Notes: generated by a model not told the origin, from the letters alone. DNA of 64,000 nt from Octopus sinensis (GCF_006345805.1 NC_043006.1:8370001-8434000), one strand, 5' to 3'; shown: positions 13,191 to 26,965, numbered from the stretch's first letter. Program-made: numbers and translations.

Positions 13191-14215
13191 CTTTATATAT
13201 ATAAAACTGGTAATGTCTGTCTGCCTGTGTATTTTCCTAAAACTTGAGAACTACACAACCAATTTCATTCAAATTTTACACATGTCTTACTTAGGGTCCA
13301 TGTAGTTTCCTGGGCAAAAAAATGTTCAACTTCTTGCCTAGAGCGAGCCATAGCAATATCATATCTTCTCCACTATTTCAGTATTACGTGTTAAAAGTGA
13401 AACAAAAATATTTCTCTGTTTTATGTCAGATACTTTCACTTTAACAATAAAAATTAGAGATAATAATAAGAATTGAATTATATGTAGTAAGTAATAATTA
13501 AAATCAAACTAAAGTATAATATAATCGTAACATAACAAAAGTAAAAATAGCAATTGGTATAAAATTGCATCAATGAATTGAACTTGAATAAGTTGTTTCA
13601 CATGAATGGGAATAAATCAAAACTAAAATTAGCGTGCAGAAATGGAATAGTCCAGATGGATAATAAAAAATTTAATTAAAGAAAAGACTATTGTCTATAA
13701 AGTATACAATGTAGAGAAAAACGAAGATTTGAACATATGGAGGAAAGCACCTTCGAAAAGTGTCTTGGTGCGACTATGAAAGATATCTAATCAGAGGCGG
13801 TAAATTCGCCACAATAGAAGCAAGGTTCGAGTCAACGGAGCGTGCAAGGGAGTACTCGACTCGAACTTGCAAAGTGGAAATATTTTATTTTTACCTTTAT
13901 ATCTGGGACATAGGACGTCCCGGAAAAAAATTTAAAATGCCCCCCCCCCACGAAGTAGAGGTAGGCTGGATTGTTGCCACACTTCTATACAAGAGGGAGA
14001 CCAAGATACAATTAATCGAAATTACAAGAGACGGGCTAACAATTCCAGTCTGTTATATATTTTGAGTTATATATTGTTATCACTAGCGATATCAAGATAT
14101 AACTTTGTATTTTGTATCTTATGTGTAAATGTATATATATAGATGTACACATATATATACACATATATACATGCACTAGCACTATGACCCGGCAACGACG
14201 GGTCTTTAATGCTAG
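13190..14215 (+). mobile_element. non-autonomous Helitron-like element
   Basis: 5' TATATATAAAACTGGTAATGTCTGTCTG...CCAATTTCATTCAAATTTTACAC start resembling invertebrate non-autonomous Helitrons; 3' hairpin GACCCG-GCAACGA-CGGGTC (14186-14204) 7 bp before terminal CTAG (14212-14215), followed by T. The exact 5' TC is hidden by the microsatellite. Confidence 0.7.
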
Positions 14216-14577
14216 TATATATATATATATCTTTAAATATATCACTGGTTATGTATTTTAGATGTAAAATATTTAAGTATAAGCTACTAACAGCAAGAAA
14301 CCCACTAGTTAACATCAATTTAGGTCGAATGAATAATTGTCTTTTTTGTTTAAATGGATATGGACATTAAAAAACAAAGACGATAAACCAATAGCAGCCT
14401 AAGAATTGTCCGTACTGCAGTTTGTCGTTAGTTTGATCTCTTCTAATACAAAGCAATATTTCTACCAAGACTATTTCGTATAATGATAATCTTTGACAAG
14501 TCAGTTCACTGCGTATTGAAAAGAAACTTACGGATGAACGAATAGTACGGACATAAATTATCTCTTTATTATATTGA

Positions 14578-14769
14578 TTTCAAATTTTGGCACAAGCCAA
14601 AAATTTCACGGGAGAAGTTAAATCAATTACATCAATCCCAAGGCTGAATTGGTACTTATTTTATCGACGCCGAGCGAATGAAAAGCAAAGTAGACCCCTG
14701 CAGCATTTGAACTTAGAAGAAAGTGAAATCGGACAAATGCTGCTAAACATTTTGCCAGCACGGCGCCTT
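14578..14769 (-). mobile_element. SINE family B, degenerate
   Basis: CAAATTTTGGCACAAG...TGGTACTTATTTTATCGAC...AAAGCAAAGTAGAC...CGGCGCCTT. Confidence 0.75.
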
Positions 14770-14846
14770 ATTTCTTTATAACAAAAGATGATATAATATT
14801 GTTTAGTTTATTCTGCAGTCATACTTTAATATACTTTAATAATAGC

Positions 14847-14891
<45 letters not shown>

Positions 14892-14994
14892 AAAATAATA
14901 ATCATATAATAAGCGCCAGCCTTGACAGCAGCTGGACGTGTTCTTCGCTGCTCTGACCATTCAGCAGCCGAAGACACAGAAACAGGATACAGGT

Positions 14995-15023
14995 ACTATA
15001 ACTCCCAAAGACTACAATTTCCT
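14995..15023 (+). promoter_or_regulatory. tandem ACTAYRnnnCCCR-like (ZNF143/THAP11-type) motifs
   Basis: ACTATAACTCCCA is an exact consensus match (14995-15007); ACTACAATTTCCT is a near match (15011-15023); GTGAGT donor-like site at 15024. Confidence 0.3.
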
Positions 15024-15474
15024 GTGAGTATTTTCAAACTCCCTCAAAATAAGTTAGGAATCTCACATATCTTCAGCTTTCGACCACACAAACGATCAGC
15101 TTAAAAAACCTTTAATATCTACAACTTCTGTGAATATCTATCCTTTCCTTTCTCCCTGAGTATTCGAAAATGTAAACATCCTTTTTATTCTAAGAACACT
15201 TCAATTTCTCTCTGTGCGGTCATACAAAAGGCGATATTTAAAAAATCTGAGTATTCGAAAATGTAAGCATCCTTTACAGTGTAAAACCACAACTGTATTC
15301 TCCAACTGGACAGACGAACGAACATCTCAAGAAAATTTTAAAACATTAATATATCAAATTTTGCATGAAACTTTTCTTTCTTTTCTCCCTGACAACCCAA
15401 ATATGTAAACATACCTTATATTGCAACAATACAATTTAATTCAGAAATTCAAAATTTCTACGACATGAATATCA

Positions 15475-15525
<51 letters not shown>

Positions 15526-15554
15526 ATATATAATATATATATATATTATATAAT

Positions 15555-15602
<48 letters not shown>

Positions 15603-15623
15603 CATATATATATATATATACAC

Positions 15624-15654
<31 letters not shown>

Positions 15655-15658
15655 TATA

Positions 15659-15705
<47 letters not shown>

Positions 15706-15725
15706 TACATAGATAGATATAAATA
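15475..15725. repeat. (TA)n/(GATA)n microsatellite
   Basis: Seen directly. Confidence 0.95.
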
Positions 15726-16478
15726 GATATAATTGTTATTGTTTTTCTACCAGTAATTACATATAGAACAGGGTGAATTACTTCTTCTCAAGGCCAAGCT
15801 TAGCGCTCTCGGTGCTCGCTGATAGTAGTAAACACATTTGACCTCTGCTGACCCAAAGGGTGCAAAGATTCTTTTGTCCCTATGGTTGACTTCCTTACCA
15901 TCTGCCGAATCGATTTATAAACCTGTAGAAATTGATCTATTCACCAAGCTGCTGCTCTTCCCCCCAACTATTTCCTCCAACAACAACATATTTATGATTA
16001 TCTCAAGTACAAGACAAAAATTGAAAATAAAGAACTTTTAATAAAATATTTTAATAATAATAGGAAAAAGTTATAATGATAATAACAATGGTAGTGGTGG
16101 TGATGGTGATAATGATAAAATGAAATTAAAAAGTATATGCTACAGCTGCTAATACTACAATATATTCTGATAGCATAGGAATCTTGGTCCCAATTACTAC
16201 TACTACCACGACCCCACACTTATTACTGTTGTTTTTGCTGCCACAACTGCTGCTACTACACTTAGATACAACAATGCAGGCAGTAATTGACACCGACGAT
16301 AGAAGAGTGAAGAAGAGCCTGTTCACTGAAGAAGATTACAAGTGAGAGATGAACATCGCTGAAGAAGGCCAGATAAAATAGTGTAATTTTCTGTGAGGTT
16401 GTTCATGTGAATAGCGCTGGAGATTGGTGCCACCTTTCCTCTACATAGGCCTGGGAAAACTCTGAGTCTGTTAGCAGG

Positions 16479-16582
16479 GGCTATAGCAGAAGGCACTTGC
16501 CCAAGATGCCAGTCAGTGGGACTGAACCCGGAACCATGTGGTTGGTTAGCAAGCTACTTACCACACATCCACTCCTGCGCCT
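16479..16582 (-). mobile_element. SINE family A head fragment
   Basis: Reverse complement AGGCGCAGGAGTGGATGTGTGGTAAGTAGCTTGCTAACCAACCACATGGTTCCGGGTTCAGTCCC...CTTGGGCAAGTG. Confidence 0.88.
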
Positions 16583-16619
<37 letters not shown>

Positions 16620-16641
16620 TAATAATAATAATAATAATAAT

Positions 16642-16795
16642 GGTTTCAAATTCTGTCACAACGGCATCCATGTAGGGGCAGGTATGAGTTGATTACCTCT
16701 ACCCCAGTAATTCACTGGTAATTCATCAACCCCCGAAAGTATGAAAGGCAAAGTCGACCGCCAAAGAATTTGTATTCGGAATGTAGCGACAGACA
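16642..16795 (-). mobile_element. SINE family B ((TTA)n-tailed), degenerate
   Basis: GGTTTCAAATTCTGTCAC...ATGAAAGGCAAAGTCGACCGCC; preceded by (AAT)n. Confidence 0.75.
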
Positions 16796-17654
16796 TACTC
16801 TATGTTTCACTATTCAGGCACGATATATAACTGAGTTCTTTCTCTTGTATCTTATGAATGCAGTTTATACCTACTATTAATGTTATTGTTTGTCAAGTCT
16901 AAACTTATTTATGTATTTTGGTCATTTAGCTTCAATTTAGCTCATTTAACCTCAATATAAGCATTTCGTGGCAAGTGGGAATGAATTGATACTGACACAT
17001 TTGCAATAAGGCAGATTAAATGATGAATGATTATTCTATAATATTCAAATGTTCACTTTTAACAGCCTATTATTTCTCAGGCCGTAAAATAATCAACACA
17101 GAATATGTAATGCTTGCTTGGGATTTTTTGGTTGTTTTTCTTTTATGTAATTTGGTTCTGCAAGATAGTATATATATTTATATATTTCATTTCCTCTTAG
17201 AATTGATTTTCATTGAAGGTCTTATTACAGAAGGGTTATATTGGGTTGAACATTTCTTAATGTGAGGAAACGTTAAAGAATCAACTGTTAATGATATTCA
17301 ATGCATTCTTCTAGACTAAAGAAAGATTGCTGAAAGAGTCAATAATAAATACCAATTGTTCATTTGGTTGCCTTCAAATGTTACAAGTTTTAAAGTTTAA
17401 TGTAATGTCTATAACATCAATGAGGTATATGCTAATAATAAGTGATATTCCTAATTTAAACTTCTGAAATACATTAATAAGATATTTGAAAAGCCTTTCA
17501 AAGTAGCTACCATTTATATTGACGTCTTCTTCCCGTATTTGAATTATAGCAATGAACTAGTTCCGAACGGACAGAACCAAATCTCGTTTCTTTGAGAACA
17601 ACTAATTTTATCTACAAGCTTATCAAATATACAGAAGTTCAAAAATTGTATATA

Positions 17655-17785
17655 CACACACACATACATACATACATATATATGGTGGTGCTATTAAGTT
17701 TGACATGGCCTGGACCAATCTTTGGTCGAAACATATCTAAGTTTATCTAAGTTTATATACATAAATATGCATATATATATATATG

Positions 17786-17836
<51 letters not shown>

Positions 17837-18010
17837 GTGTGTGTGTATGTATGTGTGTGTGTATGTATATATATACATACATACATAAATATGCATATAT
17901 ATATGTATATATATACACATACATAAGTATGCATATATATATATTAATATTTATATAAATACATATATATGTATATATATATACATACATAAGTATGCAT
18001 ATATACATTG

Positions 18011-18053
<43 letters not shown>

Positions 18054-18069
18054 GTATATATACATATAT

Positions 18070-18100
<31 letters not shown>
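17655..18100. repeat. degenerate (TA)n/(CATA)n tract
   Basis: Seen directly. Confidence 0.9.
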
Positions 18101-18106
<6 letters not shown>

Positions 18107-18849
18107 GTTCGTTATTGTTCGAAACATACCCGAAAGTCTATAGATATCTTATAAATATTTTGAATTCTTTTACCTATTATGCATTTTATATTAGACTCAC
18201 TTTTAGCAAGATTCTCAAATGTATATTGCAGTAGAATAACACTATTTATAAAATGACCCTGCACGTCTTAAAACTTCAAAAGAGTTTGCACTCAATAACT
18301 GTCTCACTTATCTTCATACGCATATATTTATTTAAGCATTGAACACATTTATTCCATTCTTTTATTTGATGGTCATCATGACCTCCTCATTCTCTCTATA
18401 CATGTTTCTTTCTCTCTTCAAGTTCCTTCCTCTTTTTCTTTCAGTTTAAGCTTTATTTAGGTCTCTTAAGTTACGGCAATTTAAAAACATTTTCTTTCCA
18501 TAATGCTCTCAACACTCGGATGCACGTAACTCTCCCAGTTTCTAAGTGTTTTTTTTTCCGTGTTGCTCTCCCTTTTTCAATAAATTATTTACAGTTTGTT
18601 ATAGATATTCTTCATGATCACACGGTTTATTCTTTTGTAATTGATTTCATATTAATTTCTCTGCATATATATATATATACCATTACCTTAACCATTACCT
18701 TACCGTAAAAGGGTGAAGGTTATTTTTCTGCAAAGGGTAGGAGTCACTTGGTACAATCTAAAAATAATATTGCTTAGGGCCTACCCCACCCTCTTCGCGA
18801 AATAAATATAAACGCATTGCGGCTCAACCAATGCATGAAGGTAACATGT

Positions 18850-18898
<49 letters not shown>

Positions 18899-18917
18899 TG
18901 CGTGTGTGTGTGTGTGT

Positions 18918-19064
18918 GCATGGTAAGAAACTTGCTTCCCAAACACATGGTCCCGGGTTCAGTCCAACAGCGTGGCACCTTTGGTAGTGTCTTCTACTAT
19001 AGCCTCATGATGACCATAGCCTTGTGAGTGGATTTTGAAGACAGAAACTGAAAGAAGCCCGTCG
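18918..19064 (+). mobile_element. SINE family A head, degenerate
   Basis: CATGGTCCCGGGTTCAGTCC...CCTTGTGAGTGGATTTTG...GAAACTGAAAGAAGCCCGTCG. Confidence 0.82.
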
Positions 19065-19194
19065 AATAAATATATATTCATATATATACATATATGTGTA
19101 TGTATGTGTGTATGCATATGTGTGTTTATATGTGTGTGTATGTATACATGTGTGAGTGTGTATAGATAGTTAGCTAGGAGTGAGGGAGGAAGAG

Positions 19195-19223
19195 AGATAG
19201 CGAGAGAGAGAGTGAGAGAGAAG

Positions 19224-19282
<59 letters not shown>
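19195..19282. repeat. (GA)n microsatellite
   Basis: Seen directly. Confidence 0.95.
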
Positions 19283-19286
<4 letters not shown>

Positions 19287-21224
19287 TATGAATGAGTGTC
19301 AATAGGTTTTGGAATAAAGTGGTTATAGATCTGATTATCACTGCTTCTCGGCATGAAACAGAAGAGTGACATCGGGTATTAAGGGTGAACCTCTTTGAGG
19401 GAATGAGCGATAGAATCAAATACCGCCTGAATTCGAAACAAAGAAACATAACCTTGAGGCACACAGTGAAAGTAATTTTGAGTGAAGATGAAAGAGAGGC
19501 AAATGTAGACGGTGTACATGTTTGCGTGTGTGAGTGTATGTGTGTGTGTGAGTGTATGTGTGTGTACGTGTGTATGCGTGCGTGCCTGCGTGCCTGCGCG
19601 CACTTCGGTATGTGCTGTGTAGTGGTCGCTGTTGAAAGCGAGATTGACCAGACGCACTGACATAATTTATAATGAGGAACTGAAAGAAAACTGCTTTCGG
19701 CAAATTAACGTAATGGAGCAACCGAGGAAGAAATACCTAAGAGAAGGAGATGGGGAGGAGTAGGAGGTGAAGGATAAGAAGAAAAGGAGGAGAGGGAGGA
19801 GATGGTGGAAGAACAGAGGTGGAGTAAGAGGGGCGTATGTTGGGCTGGAAATGAAAGAGAGAAAGCGAAACATAACGAGAAAGAACAGGTGAAGTGGTGT
19901 AATATGAACAACGTAACGGATAAGAGGAGATTCATTAGTGCATTGTCTTTGTGAGTTTATCGGGTCAATTTCGAAGACTACGTCATTAATTATTATACAA
20001 CGTTGTTGAAAGTCTTGCGTTCAATGAATAACTACTGAAGTGGTACAGTGTCATCACTTGCAATTCCGACTGTGTCTGTATAAATGAATCTCTGAATGTG
20101 TCTATTTGTATGCGTATCAATGTGTGTATTTGAATGTGAGTGTTACAGGGTGTGTGAGTGTGTGTGTATGAACATGTATATAAGAGCTTCTGCAGGAAAT
20201 ATCTAGTGTATGCATGTATGAATTATGTATGTATATATGTATGCATGATTGTATGTGTTGTGTCTGCAAGTGTCTCAGTATGTGAATGCGCATAGGAGTG
20301 CTTTTGTACGTTTGTGGAATTATAATTATATGTGTGCTTCTATGTGAATAGTTCTATGAACGTATGTCTGTGTCTTGGTGCGTAAACATTTTTGTATCAG
20401 TGCAGATGTTTGGCTGTTTCTGTTAGTATATTTGAGCCTATCTGATTGATATTGCCTGTCTTTTCACATGCGTGCAGATGTATATATATATGTGTCTGCA
20501 CATGTGTCTCTCTGTCGCAAAGAGACACAAAGGAATTTTTGGGCCTTTAACGGTGACACAAATTTATTCATTTGTCTGCATCTGTCTAACTTTGATATTG
20601 CACACACACATACACACACACACACAAACACACATCATCAGCTCCACAAACACACTACACACACACACACTTGCACATGCCCACCCACCAACTCAAACAC
20701 TAAAAGAGCAGTTTCACACCAACAATTAAAAGCACATGATGAACATTTATAGATTAGAAGTTAACTATATTGTTGCATAAAATATTACGCATGGAAATCG
20801 AAGCAATAAAATAATCACACTTTGAATTAATCACACATAATGGAAAACGTCAGCCCCCACTCACATATCAACTCAATAACTTGTCTAGTAATTGTTTCGC
20901 TGTAGGTCAGTTTTCATTGAACTAACCAGTGAGAAACATCGAAACATATTACGTAGCATATTTAAAACTCCGGTACTTAATGCGTCATTCTTACACGAGG
21001 AAAATGTTCTCATGTCCACCAACACTTAGAGATTTCCTTTCATGAATCGTCCTTTCCAATACCTTTCAAATGTAGTAGTGTAGGCAGCCACACGAAAACC
21101 TGCACGAAATGAATTAGTTCCCGGTTAAAGCGGGAGATTTTATTTGGTCACTCATTCTGCTAGGCATATAATTCCAAGATCTACTTAAAGCTACTCATCC
21201 ATTTTGACAAAAAGAAGGACACTC

Positions 21225-21282
21225 TTCCCACCTGCTTTATTTTGGGATTATATTAATAATCCTAAGATGAAGCAGGTGGGAA
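21225..21282 (+). ncRNA. candidate pre-miRNA-like hairpin
   Basis: 27-bp fully paired stem (24 Watson-Crick plus 3 G-U on the + strand), 4-nt loop, in non-repeat sequence. Confidence 0.4.
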
Positions 21283-22469
21283 TAGCTCTATCTCTTCTCC
21301 AGCTCATTTACAAGGAAATGTATCGCGTCAATCTCCTTGATGACTGGATGTCTAGGGCATAAACGACAAGCAGTTGAGCGAAATCATGCACAGTGCAGTG
21401 TGTAGTCCTCCACACAACACAAGGAAGAATCTATGTAAAGTGAAAAATATTAAGCATGCATAGCAAATGATAACATCAGGCATTTCATTACCGTCCCACA
21501 AGAGACTGTGAAATAAAAATATGTTGGGACCGATTCCAATTTGCCCTCTGTTGATAACTCGCTTTTCTAACTTTAAGAACTTGCGAATAGTTCTGCCAAT
21601 TATGTATCTCGATTTTGTTGACATTTGATGCTTTATTCTTTTAACTGAATTACAAAAAAAAAAAAAAATAGCTAAAATATATTTAGAAATATAACTTTGA
21701 AATATGGAAAAGAAATACCTATATATTAAAGAAAACGATAGATTGAAAATAAAAATAAATCCGAGTGATTTTTTTCAGGCTAAAGACATATAAAATCCAA
21801 ATTGCAGCATTTGAAAATGAAATATGTTGTAATAATTTAAAGAAAGACAATTTAACGAGCCAAGACAACGTTTGAAAAGGATACTGCAAATAGTTTAGAG
21901 TGAATTTCAAATTCATAACAGATGTTTAAGCTGGAAGCAATGCGTTGAAAACCTTAAAAATACAACTGTGAACACTATTTATGCTTTTGCCCGTGATCGC
22001 ATTGTAGTTAGTTGAATCGGTAGAGTGTAAAGGGGTAATAAATTCAAATATATTGTAGAAAGCATTTTGGGGGGGGGGGGAGAGATTATGAATTTGACTA
22101 ACACTAAAAGAAATAAACTAAAAATTGAAGATCTTTGTAGACATTTATGATGGCAAACGACTGTATGATTTACCAATGTTTAGCAGAATAATGCATATAA
22201 ATTTCAAATAATTTTTCCCTGTATAGAAACGTAAATGAATAAACGATTTTTTTTTATGAGAATGATTGTGAAAAACGCTAGAAAATAAATGATCTATTAT
22301 ATAATGAATGGAAATTAATCGAAGATATTGTTTAACTCTGAAGAAACGGTATGACAGTCACTCGTACAAAGGTTTTGGGAATAAATAAATTTTTATATCA
22401 GAGAATTTAGGTCTGAGACATACACAAGTTGTATGTTGACAATAATCTTACTGAAGCATTTGCGATGAA

Positions 22470-22722
22470 CTGATGCATAATAATAATAATAATAATATAA
22501 TAATAATATAATAATAATAATAATATAATGATAATAATAATAATAATAATAATAATTAATAATAATAATAATGATAATAATAATAATAATAATAAATAAT
22601 AATAATAACAACAACAACAATATTAATAATAATAATAACAACAACAACAATATTAATAATAATAACAACAGCAACAGCAACAACAACAACAATAATAATA
22701 ATATAATAATAATAATAATAAC
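22470..22722. repeat. (AAT)n/(AAC)n microsatellite with internal ~30-bp duplication
   Basis: Seen directly. Confidence 0.95.
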
Positions 22723-25107
22723 TCGTGGCGTACCTTTTGATATTGTTTCCTCTACCAGACACAAACAAACAGAAATATATCCATTAATAGGTATAATGTA
22801 TTTATGAAACTGCAACATTCTAATTGGCGATGATATGTCATAATTCTTATAATATTGTGCAATGATTATTAATGCTAATTATTCGAGTTGATTATTAAAC
22901 TAATTCTCATACAGTAGTTGCATTTATAGATACATATAATATATATCTAAAAATATGGAAATTAGAACTCGAATGTTTTGAACTCTAGGTCATCTCTGAT
23001 TGTGTAGTCAGATAATATAATCATACAGCCCCAAACCATTTCCTATTGCCATCTAACAGTTCTGCATTCAGGCTTACTAAATGTGTCACTGACGTTTTAT
23101 GTTCTGTGGGTACTTTTTGAGCGATTTCGTTCATATTTCTATAGCATTCCAACATTTAGACGACCACATAGTGGCTTTCACATTAACACAATTTCTCTAA
23201 TTGAACAATGACGAATCTGTGCGGCGCAACTAATTTGTATTAATATTTAACAAATGCTAAGATAAATCTGTTCATTGCTACAATAAAGTGCAATATTATG
23301 ATTCTGCTTCATTTATTGCGTATGTCCTACTTTTCTGAGTCATATTTATTAGCGTTGCTGTAAAATGTACTGGACACGTAGACACCTGTGGTCTAATTTC
23401 TTCTGTCTTTCAAATCCGAGCAGGCTACCTTAATTTTAAAACACGAACAGCTCCATAAATTTTGCTTTCTACATTGCCATCCTATAACGACTCTACGATT
23501 TACTGCATTACTTGTTTGATACTGTTTTGAATATTTTCCCCACGACAGTCAATAACTCACCGCTACAGACACGCTGACGTTTAATATTATTCGCTGAGGT
23601 CACTTTACAAATAAATAGAATTATTTTTACTCTTTCATTTTTAATTGAAAAATTAATTATCTCTGAAAGGAAGGATCAGTTCCAAAATGTAATATTTCCT
23701 CTTCATAATTTTATTCAAAGCCGTGTAATTTTGGCTTAGTCAGATCGCCATCAGTTTTCATTTTAAGCTAAAATATTGCTGCTGTTATATTATTAGGCAA
23801 TATTTTAACTAACGTCATATTTTGGAAACATTTTAAGTATAGTTTTAGTATTTTTGGGAATTGATGCCCTTCTGTATCACGAATTACTCAATGAAGTAGT
23901 GAAAAACATGACCAACAGAGTTATTCGTGAATTGTTTATACACCTTTGTAGTGTAACCTTTGATGAACAGGTTACTATTCATTATTTGCTTCATCGAATG
24001 AATATATTTGCTAACATCAAATAAATATTTGCTTATGTCGAATGAATATGTCTACGCTGAGTTTATATATTTGGTATATCTGCTTCACTTCATCTACTAA
24101 ATAATAATTATATGCTTATATCGACTGAATATATGTCTATACATAATGAATATATTTAAGTATATCTGCTTCATTTCACCTTCTATATAATAAATATGGT
24201 TGCCAGACATTTTATATAAATAATAGTGATGAACTGTAACTGTGATACATTTCTCAACACTGAGTGATTTTCTCTTCCCGAGGTTTATATAATACCAACT
24301 TACCATGTAATAGGATTTTTGTAAAACCATCTTACCAAAAACATCTTACTTGATATATTGAGATATTTCTAACAAATATCAATAAGTTAAACAAATATGT
24401 TATTGTAGCTGCAACATGTCGATGGTTTTTAATAAACTTTGTTATAACAGTTTCTGAAATCGATACACAGCTATTAACGTAGCTTCATGTGAAATATAGC
24501 GTCATGCATGTAACTAAACTTATAACCTATTTGGAAATCAGCGTAACAGAGTTAAAACTTAACCAAACATTGCTAATATTTAATATAAGGAATCGTTAAA
24601 TATGAGTATGGTATTGTTTTATGATTGAAATAAAATCTTCATCAACTCGTATGCTGACATTGGCCTTCCATGTGACAATATAATATTCTTAAACTAATTT
24701 AAACAATTGTTCACCTTTGTATCGCACAGCAACTTATACAACAGCTATGCAAAATTACAGATTAAAATAGGGAATTATATCTTATAGCAACTGATTACCA
24801 GCGTAGCAGCTGCTATTATTGTATAGAATTGATTCACCTGTTGTCCGTTGGAGTTAGTATAGTTCAACGAGGCTACGTTTTAAAAGCTGAATAAACAAAT
24901 ATGAAGAAATTCCACAGCGTATAAGGTGTTGGATGGCTGAATGCTGAATAAGTTCGCTAGCTTCTCTAGCTCTAAACAGCATCTTGGGTAAATTTCTTGC
25001 GATTTCTTGTGGCCTCGGCTCGACTATTTAGCTCAAATATAGCTCTCACACACGCTGCGGGACGCCGAGTCTGTCTGGGAATTCTATTAATGGTACATGT
25101 GTATGTG

Positions 25108-25340
25108 AAGGCGGCGAACCGGCTGAAACGTTAGCACGCCGGGCGAAATGCGTAGCCGTATTTCGTCTGCCGTTATGTTCTGAGTTCAAATTCCGCCGAG
25201 GTCGACTTTGCCTTTCATTCTTTCGGGGTCGATGAAATAAGTACCAGTTACGCACTGGGGTTGATATAATCGACTTAATCCGTTTGTCTGTCCTTCTTTT
25301 TACTCTCTGTGTTTAGCCCCTTGTGGGGAGTAAAGAAATA
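25108..25340 (+). mobile_element. SINE family B, full length with 16-bp TSD
   Basis: Head AAGGCGGCGAACCGGCTGAAACGTTAGCACGCCGGGCG, B-box-like GAGTTCAAATTCC, tail AGTAAAGAAATA. TSD GGTACATGTGT[A/T]TGTG at 25092-25107 and 25341-25356. Confidence 0.93.
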
Positions 25341-26965
25341 GGTACATGTGTTTGTGAAATCCTCATCAGTTTAAACACGGATTCAAGAACTGAAAATTTG
25401 AATGGTGTACGTGCAACACCATCATCATGTGGTCTTTGTGTGGTTCAGTATGTGGCATTTTCTATATATAAAGTCTATGTGTAGAGAAGCCAGAGAAGAC
25501 AAAATATGAAGGAGCCAATATAAATAAATATGAGATCTACGAAAACATTCGCAATAGCTTAGACGAAATCTAAAAACATCACCGGAATTGAAAACTAAAA
25601 GGAGTTGTAAGTTTTACAGCCTTTCTGTGCATCCAACTGTAAGATGTACCTATATCAATTTATTATCTGTGTACCCTTTACAATTCTATTTTCATGCAGC
25701 AGAAGTCTCCCTAGCCATACATTTAAGTCATTATGCTGTGTTCTAACTTTATGGAAGTGAGAATAGTTTCTACCAATGATGTATCTATTTTATAGTCCCA
25801 TGTTACTAATTCTTAGCTATGTTTTCTTTCATTTACTGATATATTCTTTGCAGGTCCTTGTAAGACCAATTTGCAATGTCTCGACTGATGAGGTCTGTTT
25901 AACGAAAAAGAAAATACAAAGCTGTCACAAACTCTCAAATGTCATATTCAATACAATCTGCAGTTTAACTTTCCTCTAATTTTCGTAAATTTAATTTCTA
26001 TCGCCTCTCCACCACCCGCCACACATATCTTGTTTTACCAGACTTAGTCAATACGATAAATCTTTTTGCCACTGTGGTTGTAACTTTAATTAAATGAAAT
26101 ATTTTCCGTTTGACTTTGCTCTACTATTAAAAAAAAATTTTTTTTTTTCAGATTTTCCAGTCATTTTTTCTATCACCACATTAGTCAATGTTCATTGATT
26201 AAACTCGTATAAATTCTCTGGTCAGTCTAAAGTCAGGCAGTAACTGTCAGACTATGATTACACGAAGTGGTTGATTAAGATCAAAACATGCCTGAGTTGT
26301 CAGAATACCAGAGTGTCTGCTGGTAGAAATAGGCAAAATATCATCTTTCAAATTGGTAAATATTTAAACGCTCTAAACAAAAGAATAACTATGCAGTTCA
26401 ACAAAAAAAATATATATGAATAAATAAAACAAAAACAAACATTATGCTTACTTCGAAATCCAGTATATTCTTTATGAGTGTTCAAAGTTAATTAAAAAAT
26501 AGTAAAATTTAATTTGAAGATAACGAGTAAAGGACTTATTGAAAATACAGTTAAAACTTATTTAGCTGCAATTCTTAATGACAATTTTCTTTAAATGTCC
26601 ATAACTATTAATAATTTCATATTTTAAGCCTACAATAGATAATTATTTTTTTTTGCTTAGTTTATAGTACATCTTTAGAGGTTTAGAGCGGCAAATCTAA
26701 TGAGAACAGTGTGCCTTATCAGGAATAATATTCAAACGCAAATGTAACAACTTCAAAATCGGGAGATTTCCAATACTAAACCAAATGGTATTCTTTAATT
26801 TGACGGTGAAAATTTTCAGAAAACATGGATTTTAATATTGTGACCCTTCCTCGTGTAAAGTGGCTGTAATGCTGCTTCATGTTCAGCTCTGAAGATGTTT
26901 ATTTATTACGTGTGGAAATGAATCGAAAAGATGCAAATAGATCATTTCAGAATATTAGCTATGTC

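Noticed and set aside
16126-16326. 66-aa ORF with a signal-peptide-like N-terminus
   Set aside because: Built largely from TAG/CAG/TTG trinucleotide low-complexity sequence; no homology recognised.
25885-25910. CTGATGA...GAAA as a hammerhead
   Set aside because: No credible stem II, stem III or stem I.
25610-25980. Possible small Cys-containing exons on + (acceptors at ~25620 and 25850)
   Set aside because: Splice-like signals alone; no recognisable product or consistent frame.
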